Positions 8,506-16,897 of a stretch of DNA of 24,000 bases are shown here, piece by piece (within the stretch, counting starts at the first letter, position 1; each line of letters opens with the position of its first letter). The notes under the pieces were generated by a model. It did not search any database. It saw nothing but the letters and a program-made list of their open reading frames with translations, and was not told the origin of the DNA. Source of the stretch: Pseudomonadota bacterium (GTDB lineage: Bacteria > Pseudomonadota > Alphaproteobacteria > Rhizobiales > Aestuariivirgaceae); assembly GCA_963205315.1 (NCBI GenBank), contig CAUJIO010000056.1, positions 94,917-118,916 of the forward strand, read 5' to 3'. The position numbers were made by a program, and so were the translations under genes.

Positions 8506-8876
8506 AAATTCGATACCCTTACGCGGACAGCTGCGCCTTTGACCGATACGACGTCTGCTTTGTAGTCCACGCCCGCCTCTAAACATTTGATGATCTGAGG
8601 AAGCTTTGCGCTCGTAATGGAACCGGCCGTAAGGCCTGCCGACGTCTGCACGATCACGCGCACAGGTGGCCCCGGCTCCAGCTTGACGGCCAGAACCTCG
8701 CCAGCTTTCAGCGACCCAACGACAGCTGGCACTGGCGAATTGAGGTTGGTATCTTCAATAAGGACGCAAGGATCAGGCCCTCCGGCGCCTCCGGAACCCC
8801 CTCCGCCCGGCGATCTCGGAGCAATAGGCGTTACAGGGTCCGGACGCGAACTTCCCCCACCACTACCTCCAGACAT
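8502..8876 (-). CDS. Small protein with Gly/Ser/Pro-rich N-terminus and a compact beta-rich (possibly HIRAN-like) C-terminal domain
   Basis: MSGGSGGGSSRPDPVTPIAPRSPGGGGSGGAGGPDPCVLIEDTNLNSPVPAVVGSLKAGEVLAVKLEPGPPVRVIVQTSAGLTAGSITSAKLPQIIKCLEAGVDYKADVVSVKGAAVRVRVSNL; stop overlaps the PfkB-NDT start (ATGA); purine-rich AAAAAGGGAAG upstream of the ATG. Confidence 0.7.
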   Translation of the reverse strand: MSGGSGGGSSRPDPVTPIAPRSPGGGGSGGAGGPDPCVLIEDTNLNSPVPAVVGSLKAGEVLAVKLEPGPPVRVIVQTSAGLTAGSITSAKLPQIIKCLEAGVDYKADVVSVKGAAVRVRVSNL

Positions 8877-9935
8877 GCGAAGTCTTCCCTTTTTCTCAAG
8901 AGTCAATTGAAGTTCGATATGCGCTCAGGAGTCTATTATCACGGGTTTGATGACATCGATATGAGTTCCATTAGGGAGATACGACATAGCTGGGATCGAA
9001 GAGTTGATGTTCGCCATCGAAATCCACCTATCACCAAATTGGCAATTGACGTCACCGACAAGAATGGCCGATAATATGCAGCTCAAATAGAGCGTTGTCG
9101 ACGGATCTGCCCTGGGGCGCGAAGCAGAACGGGGAGTTGGCGGGTTCATTGAACGGGGCTCGTTAAGTTCGCGGTGTCGAGCAGCACAACCACTCCTAGC
9201 GCTGTTGGCAGTGGTAGGCATGCACTCTCTCGCAAAGAGGATTTTGGCTCATATACGCTGCAAATTGGTGGTACCTTGACCGGTGTCGGAAGGTATCAGC
9301 GCTGTGGACCAAAAACTTCGCACATCCGGGCTCGTCCCCGAGGGTGTCGTTGGCGATCACGGCACCATCGAAGTGGAGCGCTTGACGTCCAACGTCCCCT
9401 CGGTGGCCAGTGGATGCGTCCGTCTGCCTTACGGGGTTGTCTTTTCCTATCCAGAGCACGTGCTAGCGGCGAGTTACTGGTCCACCGTTCGAAGTTCTGC
9501 GGGTGAACAGCACCCGAATTCAATGATGTGCAGGCTGATTGATAATTCGGACCACGTTTGCGGAGCGAAACCACCATAATACATGTCGACTGCACTCGGC
9601 ACTCTGTTGTAGGCCGCCAGCGCCATTCGCTATCGCACCAAGACTACATCCACGACATCTCCATGTTCGGCCCTTCCGGCTTGACCAGCATGGGCAAGCC
9701 CATATCACAACTTTGCAAAGCGAATCGAGACAAGATCTGTGTTCGACCTACCACACTGCGAATTATCTATTCCGCCAAATTCTCCTGATCCTCGCGCCAC
9801 CTTAAGTTCTCTTTTTCTTGCAGTTTCCATCTCATTTCCATTGGCCTGGAGTTTCGAGCGACAGGGCGGATCTATCGTTGTCATGTTGTTTTCCACGGGC
9901 TTATACAAGTAGGGATCAAGATTGTCGACGCAGGC

Positions 9936-10022
9936 GAGGACTTTGTCCTCTCATCACCGGTTTCTCGCGTCAGGGATCGAGCCTGACAGGGCGGAAACGC
10001 CTCGGGCGTTCCGGCAAAGCCG
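9936..10022 (+). other. Cluster of short hairpins ahead of qatA (possible structured RNA or leader)
   Basis: GAGGAC-TTT-GTCCTC (9936-9950), GTCAGG-GATCGAG-CCTGAC (9969-9987), GGAA(A)CGCC-TCG-GGCGTTCC (9993-10012), CGGC-AAA-GCCG (10012-10022). Confidence 0.4.
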
Positions 10023-10138
10023 AAGAGCCCGGCCCACCAAGGCGACGCCCAGCTGCCGCTACACGCTGATTAAACCAGGAACAAAAACCGTTAACTTGTG
10101 CTATCTGCAGCATTCCTCATTAGGACGCGGGTCGAATC

Positions 10139-11938
10139 ATGTGGCGTGATAGCGAGAGCGAGCAGGACTTCCTCAACTTTACTGAAGTCGCGGATCAGAT
10201 TGCCACGCTTGCCACCAATCCCGTTCTCCTACCTATCTCAATCGGTGTTTTCGGCACCTGGGGAACCGGCAAGTCCACCGTCCTCAAGCTGGTGGAGGCC
10301 CGGCTGTCAAAGCCCAAGAAGGGAGAAGAGACGAAAGCGAATGGCGAGGATGAGCAGGTCGCGCCGCCGGTCGTCGTGACGTTCGATGCTTGGATGTATC
10401 AGGGTTTTGACGACGCGCGCGCCGCCCTGATGGAGGTAGTTGCCTCGGAGCTGCTGAAGATCGCAGAGGAGAAGAAGACCTTCGTGGACAAGGCGAAGGC
10501 ATTTGCCGGGCGAGTCAACTACTTCCGCGGCCTCAGTATGATCGCGGACTTCGGCATCGGCATGGCGCTCGGCATCCCACCGGGCCTGCTCACCCGTGCT
10601 GGTTCGGCTGTGTCATCAGTCTTCACCGGCAACGTGACCGAAGAACAATATGGCGATCTGAAGAAGGAGGCCGTAGAGGCCAAGAAGGGGCTAACGGAGC
10701 TGATTAAGCCCGCAGAGAAGCGCACGCCACCGAAAGAGATTGAGGCGTTCCGACACGAGTTCGGCGAGCTGCTCAAGGGCCTAAACACCACGCTGGTTCT
10801 CTTTATCGACAATCTCGACCGCTGCCTTCCGGACGTGGCGATCGGCACGCTCGAAGCGATTCGATTGTTCCTGTTCATGCCGCGCACCGCGTTCGTGATT
10901 GCGGCCGACGAAGACATGATCCGGCACTCGGTCGCCAAACACTTCGACGATCCGAACGCTTCTCACGTCCGCGACTACCTCGACAAGGTCATCCAAGTGC
11001 CCTTGCGCGTCCCGCAGGTCGGGGCGGAGGACCTGCGCGCCTATATGTATTCGCTTTTCGTAGGGCTTGCCGCGCCCGACAAGCTCGGTGACGTACAGAC
11101 GCGGCTGATGACTGCCCTGCAAGGAGGCTGGAAGGGCGAGAGCTTCGATAAGGCCGAGATTGCGAAGCTCGCGGGCGATCCCCCGGAACTCCTCGACAAT
11201 CTGGCTATCGCCGATCGCCTGGCGCCGATGATGGCGTGGGCACCGAAGATCCAAGGCAATCCGCGCATTGTGAAGCGCTTATTGAATGCCGTTTCCCTGC
11301 GGCGAGTGCTCGCGGCCAACCGCCAAATGAATGTGGATTTTGCCACTTTGGCGAAGCTCGCGATCTTCGAGCGCTGCACCGACGGACCAGCGACCTTGGC
11401 GCTCTTTCACTTGATCATGGAAGGGAAAGATGCCGAGACGCTGCTGCTGCCCCCTGACAAGGTGAAGGGCAAGACCCCTGAGCTTCCCAAAGACTGGGCG
11501 CCGCACGCGGACTTCATCGAGCAGTGGCGCGCGATGGACCCGCCCTTCGAGAGCGTCGAGAAGCTGCGGCCTGCCGTGTTCCTCAGCCGCGATGTGATGG
11601 CACCCGCACGGTCGCGCTCCGACCTCAGCGAGGCGGCACGCGACGCGATCGAAGCCTTGCTCAAAGTCGACAACGTGAACTCGCCTGTTGGCAAGAAGAT
11701 CGTTGAGGATCTCACGCCCGCGGACCGTCGCGCCGCGATGTCAGGGCTGGTTGAAGCGACACGCGACGCAGACTGGTCAACGGTCGTACCCGGCGTCCAC
11801 GGGGCGCTGCTTATTGCCGAAGCCTCACCGGAAGCCAAAACGGAAATGAAGGCCTTTGTGGCTGGCCTCCAAACCGGTGAGATGGATAAAGGTATCCGTT
11901 TCCTGCTCCGCCGCGTGGGCATGATCGAGGGTAAGTAA
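10139..11938 (+). CDS. qatA: QatA: KAP-family P-loop NTPase of the QatABCD anti-phage system
   Basis: Walker A GVFGTWGTGKSTVLKLVEARL; Walker B TTLVLFIDNLDRCLPDVAIGTLEAIRLFLFMPRTAFVIAADEDMI; first gene of a four-gene overlapping operon with QueC-like and TatD-like genes. Confidence 0.92.
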   Translation: MWRDSESEQDFLNFTEVADQIATLATNPVLLPISIGVFGTWGTGKSTVLKLVEARLSKPKKGEETKANGEDEQVAPPVVVTFDAWMYQGFDDARAALMEVVASELLKIAEEKKTFVDKAKAFAGRVNYFRGLSMIADFGIGMALGIPPGLLTRAGSAVSSVFTGNVTEEQYGDLKKEAVEAKKGLTELIKPAEKRTPPKEIEAFRHEFGELLKGLNTTLVLFIDNLDRCLPDVAIGTLEAIRLFLFMPRTAFVIAADEDMIRHSVAKHFDDPNASHVRDYLDKVIQVPLRVPQVGAEDLRAYMYSLFVGLAAPDKLGDVQTRLMTALQGGWKGESFDKAEIAKLAGDPPELLDNLAIADRLAPMMAWAPKIQGNPRIVKRLLNAVSLRRVLAANRQMNVDFATLAKLAIFERCTDGPATLALFHLIMEGKDAETLLLPPDKVKGKTPELPKDWAPHADFIEQWRAMDPPFESVEKLRPAVFLSRDVMAPARSRSDLSEAARDAIEALLKVDNVNSPVGKKIVEDLTPADRRAAMSGLVEATRDADWSTVVPGVHGALLIAEASPEAKTEMKAFVAGLQTGEMDKGIRFLLRRVGMIEGK

Positions 11939-12783
11939 TGGGGACATCTCGACCGAAGCCGGACGCGCCACCTGCATCGCCCCTAATTCCGCCTTGGGCG
12001 GATCAAGACCCGGTGCCACCTGCGCCACCGCCCGAGCCCTTGCCCGAGGACCCGGTGCCGGAGCTTGAAGAGCCCGGACCTCCGGCCGACGAGGGTGAAG
12101 AGGACGCTGATTTGGAGGTGGCGGAGCCGAGGCGGTATGCCAGTTTCCGCACGGCCCTGAGTCGCTTCGCAGGGTCGGGCGAACGCGGCGACGCGCGAAC
12201 AGCGCTTGGCCGCTGGGCCAGCCGGTCGGTCGGCGGTGGCGCGGCAGGAGCGCGGCGGACGGCGCGCGCAGCGCGGACCGGCGGTGCTGCGCTTGCAGGC
12301 TTGGCACGCGCTGGGGCGGGCCGAGCTCCCGAAGCGGGCGTGCTCGATATCCGTGCGCTCGCTGGCCAGCCAGTCGAGGTTGCGATCGGCGCGATCGTCG
12401 ATGCATTCATGGCGCCTGGCATTCTTGACGAGGTCGCGGCGCGGCTCGCGATGGAGCAAGCCTTGGCAGAGGCGCTCGGCGGAGCTGATACTTTCGATCC
12501 CGTGGCGGTGGACGCCAATGCCGTACGAGTTGCAACCTTGGCGTTCGTGGCCGAGTTGGTCTTCGTGCAGGTCGCCGGCGATGCAGGACGCTCATTGGCG
12601 ACAGTTGGCCCCGTGGCGGCGGCGCTGCGCGAAGCAGAAATCCGATCACTGGTCCGCGAGGTCGTGAACTTGGTGGGAACGCCGATTCTTGTCGCAGCGG
12701 GTGCAGTGCTGAGCGAGCAACGGATGTCGGCCCTGGTGTCTCAGCTTGTGCGCGAGACGCTGGAGGAGGTAGCGACGTGGTGA
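11938..12783 (+). CDS. qatB: QatB
   Basis: Position between KAP ATPase and QueC-like genes, TAATG overlap with qatA; Pro/Glu-rich N-terminus MGTSRPKPDAPPASPL followed by RRYASFRTALSRFAGSGERGDARTALGRWASRSVGGG, as expected for QatB. Confidence 0.85.
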   Translation: MGTSRPKPDAPPASPLIPPWADQDPVPPAPPPEPLPEDPVPELEEPGPPADEGEEDADLEVAEPRRYASFRTALSRFAGSGERGDARTALGRWASRSVGGGAAGARRTARAARTGGAALAGLARAGAGRAPEAGVLDIRALAGQPVEVAIGAIVDAFMAPGILDEVAARLAMEQALAEALGGADTFDPVAVDANAVRVATLAFVAELVFVQVAGDAGRSLATVGPVAAALREAEIRSLVREVVNLVGTPILVAAGAVLSEQRMSALVSQLVRETLEEVATW

Positions 12784-14048
12784 CTCGCACACCTACGCGC
12801 GTCCTTGCCAGCCCAAATGCTGGTCGCGCTGCCGCGGCTCTCGCTCATGGCGATATCGGAGTGGCCCTATATAACATCGGTCGCCCCGAACTGGCCGGAT
12901 TAGGCGCGGGCCTCAATCAAACCGCGGCCCGCTTGCCCCGACCACCTTCTGCACGGGCATGGGACTTCCTTTCCATCGCGCTCGCGGTCCATGCTGCAGA
13001 TCGGTTCGTTGTGCGGCGAAACGCACAAGACTCCTGGACGCGAATGATCGCGCTTGAGGTCGAGCTCATGGAGCCCGAGCCTTGGGCTGGGCAAGCGGCG
13101 GCGCTAGCAGACGCTCTGCGTTTCCTGTCGAGCGACATCTGGTACTTACGCTTCCGCGCCGGGGGCGCACCACCACCGACATTTCAGGACAGCCTATCGG
13201 ATCGCGATTGCGCCTGCTTGTTCTCGGGCGGCCTGGACAGCCTGATCGGGGCTATCGACCTCACGGCGCAGGGCCGGCGGCCGCTGCTCGTCAGCCAAGC
13301 CTCTCCCAAGGAAGGGCCGGTGCAGGCGGAGCTCGCGGACCAGATCGGTTCGGCGGACCATCGCTTCGAGGGCCGCGCCTCGGAGCGGTGGCGCCAGCCC
13401 TATGAACCATCCTCGCGGGCTCGATCGGTGCTTTTCATCGGTTACGGAGCTGTGGTGGCCTCCACGCTCGGTCCGGTCAACGGCCGTGCCGAACTTGTCG
13501 TGCCCGAAAATGGTCTCATCTCGATCAATGCGCCACTCACCCGCCGTCATATTGGAAGTCTAAGCACGCGAACGACGCATCCGCACTTCATCGGCTCGCT
13601 TCAGCGGGTGCTTGATGCGGTTGGGCTCGGCGTGCGGCTGAACAACCCTTATGGCTTTAAGACCAAAGGCGAAATGCTCGCTGAGTGTCAGGACCGTGTG
13701 GTCGAGCAGTTAGCGGCGTCTTCCTACTCATGCGGCAAAGGCAAGCGCCTCAATCAACATTGCGGCCGTTGCGTGCCGTGCCTGATCCGCCGGGCGTCGT
13801 TTCACGCGGCCGGTGTGGCGGACGGCACTAGCTATTGGGCTGATGATCTGTCGACCCATGTAGCGAACGAGGATGTCGCAGCCGCCCGGTATGCGGCGGC
13901 GAGCCTGCGGCACCGTGACGTGGCGCGATGGGCTGCCCAAGCCGGGCCACTTCCAAGTGATCCTGTTCAGCGGAACGGCTACGTTGATGTTGTGCGGCGA
14001 GGGACAGAGGAACTGCGGGCGTTCTTCGGTACAATCGCCTGGCCGTGA
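12777..14048 (+). CDS. qatC: QatC: QueC-like PP-loop enzyme
   Basis: CACLFSGGLDSLIGAIDL (SGGLDS PP-loop) and Cys cluster SCGKGKRLNQHCGRCVPCLIRRASF. GTG start at 12777 or 12780, the latter overlapping the qatB stop. Confidence 0.92.
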   Translation: MVTRTPTRVLASPNAGRAAAALAHGDIGVALYNIGRPELAGLGAGLNQTAARLPRPPSARAWDFLSIALAVHAADRFVVRRNAQDSWTRMIALEVELMEPEPWAGQAAALADALRFLSSDIWYLRFRAGGAPPPTFQDSLSDRDCACLFSGGLDSLIGAIDLTAQGRRPLLVSQASPKEGPVQAELADQIGSADHRFEGRASERWRQPYEPSSRARSVLFIGYGAVVASTLGPVNGRAELVVPENGLISINAPLTRRHIGSLSTRTTHPHFIGSLQRVLDAVGLGVRLNNPYGFKTKGEMLAECQDRVVEQLAASSYSCGKGKRLNQHCGRCVPCLIRRASFHAAGVADGTSYWADDLSTHVANEDVAAARYAAASLRHRDVARWAAQAGPLPSDPVQRNGYVDVVRRGTEELRAFFGTIAWP

Positions 14049-14776
14049 TTGACCTGCATTGTCACCTCGACCTTTACCCTGATCCCCGCGCCGTTGTCGC
14101 GGAGTGTGTCGCACGGCGGATTTATGTGCTGTCGGTCACGACCGTTCCAAGCGCCTTCGAGGGAACGGCGGCACTTGTCCTCGCCCAGAGCCGGATTAGA
14201 ACGGCGCTGGGCCTGCATCCGGAGCTTGCTGCCGCGAGGGCGCGCGAGTTGCCCCTTTTCGAGCGTTTGCTCCCGCAGACTCGCTATGTAGGCGAGGTCG
14301 GCCTGGACGGCTCGCGAGACCACCGTGGCAGCCTCGACGCGCAGCGTGGCGTGTTCGCCGACGTTCTGCGGCTCTGCGCGCGCGCCGGTGGCAAAGCATT
14401 ATCGCTGCATAGTCGAGGAGCGACCGGGATCATCCTCGACGCGCTTGGGGCGGAACCCACGGCCGGGAAGGCTATCCTTCACTGGTATGTCGGCACGCCG
14501 AAACAGGTGGCGCGAGCGGCTGAAATGGGCTGCTGGTTTTCGGTCGGGCCGACTATGCTCACGAGCGAGCGCGGCCGCGCGGCTGTGTTAGCGATGCCAA
14601 AGGATCGAGTCGTGCCCGAATCGGACGGACCCTTCGGGCTCGTCGAGGGGCGTGCAGCTCATCCGTGGGATGCTTGGTCCGTGACGTCCAAGCTGGCCGA
14701 ACTCTGGCGTGAGCAAGAGGATCGCGTCGCAGCACAACTCCGCTCGAATTTTAGAACGCTGAGCGGGGGCGCTTAG
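14045..14776 (+). CDS. qatD: QatD: TatD-like metal-dependent DNase
   Basis: MIDLHCHLDLYP, GLHPEL, YVGEVGLDGSRD, LSLHSRGA, ILHWYVG, PESDGPFG; GTGA overlap with qatC. Confidence 0.93.
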   Translation: MIDLHCHLDLYPDPRAVVAECVARRIYVLSVTTVPSAFEGTAALVLAQSRIRTALGLHPELAAARARELPLFERLLPQTRYVGEVGLDGSRDHRGSLDAQRGVFADVLRLCARAGGKALSLHSRGATGIILDALGAEPTAGKAILHWYVGTPKQVARAAEMGCWFSVGPTMLTSERGRAAVLAMPKDRVVPESDGPFGLVEGRAAHPWDAWSVTSKLAELWREQEDRVAAQLRSNFRTLSGGA

Positions 14777-15045
14777 CGCTTCGGGCGTGAATAACTCGAC
14801 CGGGCGGTATGAGTCCGGCGAGACCCGCTGCCTCTACCCTCAGCCTGCCGCGGACTTACGACAATCTACACTCAGCTGAATCTGCTCTTCTTCATCCGAA
14901 TCTTCAATATACCGAGATAAATCTACTTCCAAAGCCTCTTCATGATTGCGGGGATTACCATCGGCGGAGTCAGCGTACGGAAGAGCGCCTTTGGCTGTTG
15001 GGATATCTCCTGACCTGACCGAGGAACGGCCCTCACCTATCGGGT

Positions 15046-16515
15046 TCAGTGCCCAAGCAAACTGAGTATAGTTTCGCCTGATGGGACGCGAGGGACATCG
15101 TTTATGCCAAAATCTGCTTCGAAATAGGACCAGCGCCTCTCAGCAATCCAACCAAGAAATTGCGTGAGTGCGTCAACCTGATCGTCGTGCCTGGCGTGCG
15201 GAAAGGCGAGATACTCTTCCTGAAAATCAATCTGCCAATGCGCTCCTCTAGGCAGGTGCAGTATGGCTCCTTCCAGAAGCGGGGTGATGGCTGCTGCTCG
15301 GGTGTACTTATCTTTTTCAGGTTTGATGCCTCTAAGCCCTCGGACTTGGGATCGGAGATACTGAATCAACGACGTGCCTGAAGCTTGTTCTTCGATCAGT
15401 ACGGCCGTTGCTTGCCATTTGTCAGCCTCTCGGATGATGCGGTCTTTCAGCGGCGCGAATTCCAAGCGCTCGCGCACCACGTCGAGGAGATAGACTTCAT
15501 TCTTGCCTCGAATGAGAAAGGTAAGCCCCACTGAATAGTCGTTGGTTTCCTTGATTTTGTAAGCGGTATCCCAACTCTGGACGATTTGATCGCCCTGTTG
15601 GCGCTGTGGGACCGCATTGACATAGCGCAGCCATGCCTGTTTTAGCAGGTTACCCTCGGCAGGAATGGGATTCTGCAGGTATTGGGCGCTGAACGCCGCC
15701 GAGCCGATGTCGGATTTGGTGGACGCCAGATAGGAGAGTGGCAACCGTTCAGGATGAAGGGACTGGCCACCGCGCCAGGTGAATGTTCGATTTCTTCCAA
15801 GCGCTATCGTCCTGTCTTCGGGCGCAATGGCTGGCAGCGACAGGTGCTTCCAGCCTCCTTGAGCGAGGAGAATGCCAGAGAGATCGTCCATGTGCAGCCG
15901 CTGCATTACGATCAAAATCGTGCCGAGTGTCGGATTGTCGAGCCGAGACAGAAGGGCGGACCGGAACCAGTCATTGACCCGTTCGCGGCTGGTCTTGGAA
16001 TCGGTTTCGCTGGCATTGAGGGGGTCGTCGACGATGATGATGTCACCACCACGTCCGGTGAGACTGCCACCTACCGAGGTTGTCAGTCGAAACCCGCCGG
16101 CGGTGGTTGAGGTTTCTGCCTCCGTGTCCTTGTCGATGTGCAAACCAGGAAAGATGCGCTTGTACCAGGCTGCGTTCACGACCCGTCGAAAATCGAAGGC
16201 GAGCTTGCCTGCTATTGCGTCGGAATAGCTCGCGCAGATGATCTTGGCGGATGGATTGTGGCCGAGAAGGAAGGCTGGAAGTGCCACGGAGAAGATGATC
16301 GACTTCAGTGAACGGGGCGGGGCATTGACGATTAGCCGAGGACAGTGCTGATCGACAATCGCCTGTGCATTGAGGCACAGAAGTTCGATATGCCAATTTT
16401 CGAGAAATGGAGTTGTAGGGGAGAGCGTCTCAAAGACCTTTATGACAAAGGAGTATAGGTCAGTTCGAACAAGTGCATCGCGTTCGCGTGGGATTGGTTT
16501 TGCCATTTCAGTCAC
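15046..16515 (-). CDS. Phage terminase large subunit (TerL)
   Basis: RLIVNAPPRSLKSIIFSVALPAFLLG (Walker A-like), DIIIVDDPLNA (Walker B), VQSWDTAYKIKETNDYSVGLTF and HDDQVDALTQFLGW (nuclease acidic residues). Confidence 0.92.
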   Translation of the reverse strand: MTEMAKPIPRERDALVRTDLYSFVIKVFETLSPTTPFLENWHIELLCLNAQAIVDQHCPRLIVNAPPRSLKSIIFSVALPAFLLGHNPSAKIICASYSDAIAGKLAFDFRRVVNAAWYKRIFPGLHIDKDTEAETSTTAGGFRLTTSVGGSLTGRGGDIIIVDDPLNASETDSKTSRERVNDWFRSALLSRLDNPTLGTILIVMQRLHMDDLSGILLAQGGWKHLSLPAIAPEDRTIALGRNRTFTWRGGQSLHPERLPLSYLASTKSDIGSAAFSAQYLQNPIPAEGNLLKQAWLRYVNAVPQRQQGDQIVQSWDTAYKIKETNDYSVGLTFLIRGKNEVYLLDVVRERLEFAPLKDRIIREADKWQATAVLIEEQASGTSLIQYLRSQVRGLRGIKPEKDKYTRAAAITPLLEGAILHLPRGAHWQIDFQEEYLAFPHARHDDQVDALTQFLGWIAERRWSYFEADFGINDVPRVPSGETILSLLGH

Positions 16516-16897
16516 TCTCTGTCTTTGGTTGGTTGCGGCGGAGGAAGCTGTCGATGATGAGTTGGTCTGCCTCGCTCAAGGTTTCCTGCTCGTGAGCTCC
16601 CTCATCGGGCTGTTGGAGTTTCATGACCATATCGAACAAGGTCTTGGCGGCACGACCGTCTTTTTGGAGGGCGCGCTGAAATAGGCTGAGCAGCAACGCC
16701 TCTTGCCTGCTGGCCTTGCGCTTCTCACCGTTGACGGTGATCTCAACCTTGCCGCCCATTAAATTCGCGAGGTCGGTCTTGAGGTTCGAGGTGCCCTTTG
16801 GCCGACCCTTGGGGTTCCCCGATTGGCCAGCGCGAAACTGACGGTGCTTCGGTGGCCGGCCTGGTCCAACGCCTGATGCGGAATCATCGGCGCTCAT
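16508..16897 (-). CDS. DUF5681-type protein
   Basis: GVGPGRPPKHRQFRAGQSGNPKGRPKGTSNLKTDLANLM; ATGA overlap with the upstream methyltransferase and overlap with terL. Confidence 0.75.
   Translation of the reverse strand: MSADDSASGVGPGRPPKHRQFRAGQSGNPKGRPKGTSNLKTDLANLMGGKVEITVNGEKRKASRQEALLLSLFQRALQKDGRAAKTLFDMVMKLQQPDEGAHEQETLSEADQLIIDSFLRRNQPKTESD

Noticed and set aside
5331-8876. Calling the minus-strand block type IV CBASS
   Set aside because: QueC-like and OGG-like genes fit, but no CD-NTase, TGT-like gene or CBASS effector is recognisable in the window.
9174-9595. Overlapping ORFs in the gap between the two defence modules
   Set aside because: Frames on both strands overlap each other and none shows recognisable motifs; cannot support a gene, though a degenerate gene is not excluded.
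11407-12518. Long minus-strand ORFs inside qatA/qatB (e.g. 11407-11922, 12003-12518)
   Set aside because: High-GC antisense shadows of qatA and qatB with Ala/Ser/Arg-rich translations.
13082-14323. Additional ORFs opposite or out of frame with qatC/qatD
   Set aside because: Shadow frames; qatC and qatD frames carry all conserved motifs.
15682-16228. Plus-strand ORFs opposite terL
   Set aside because: Antisense to terL, whose frame has clear ATPase and nuclease motifs.
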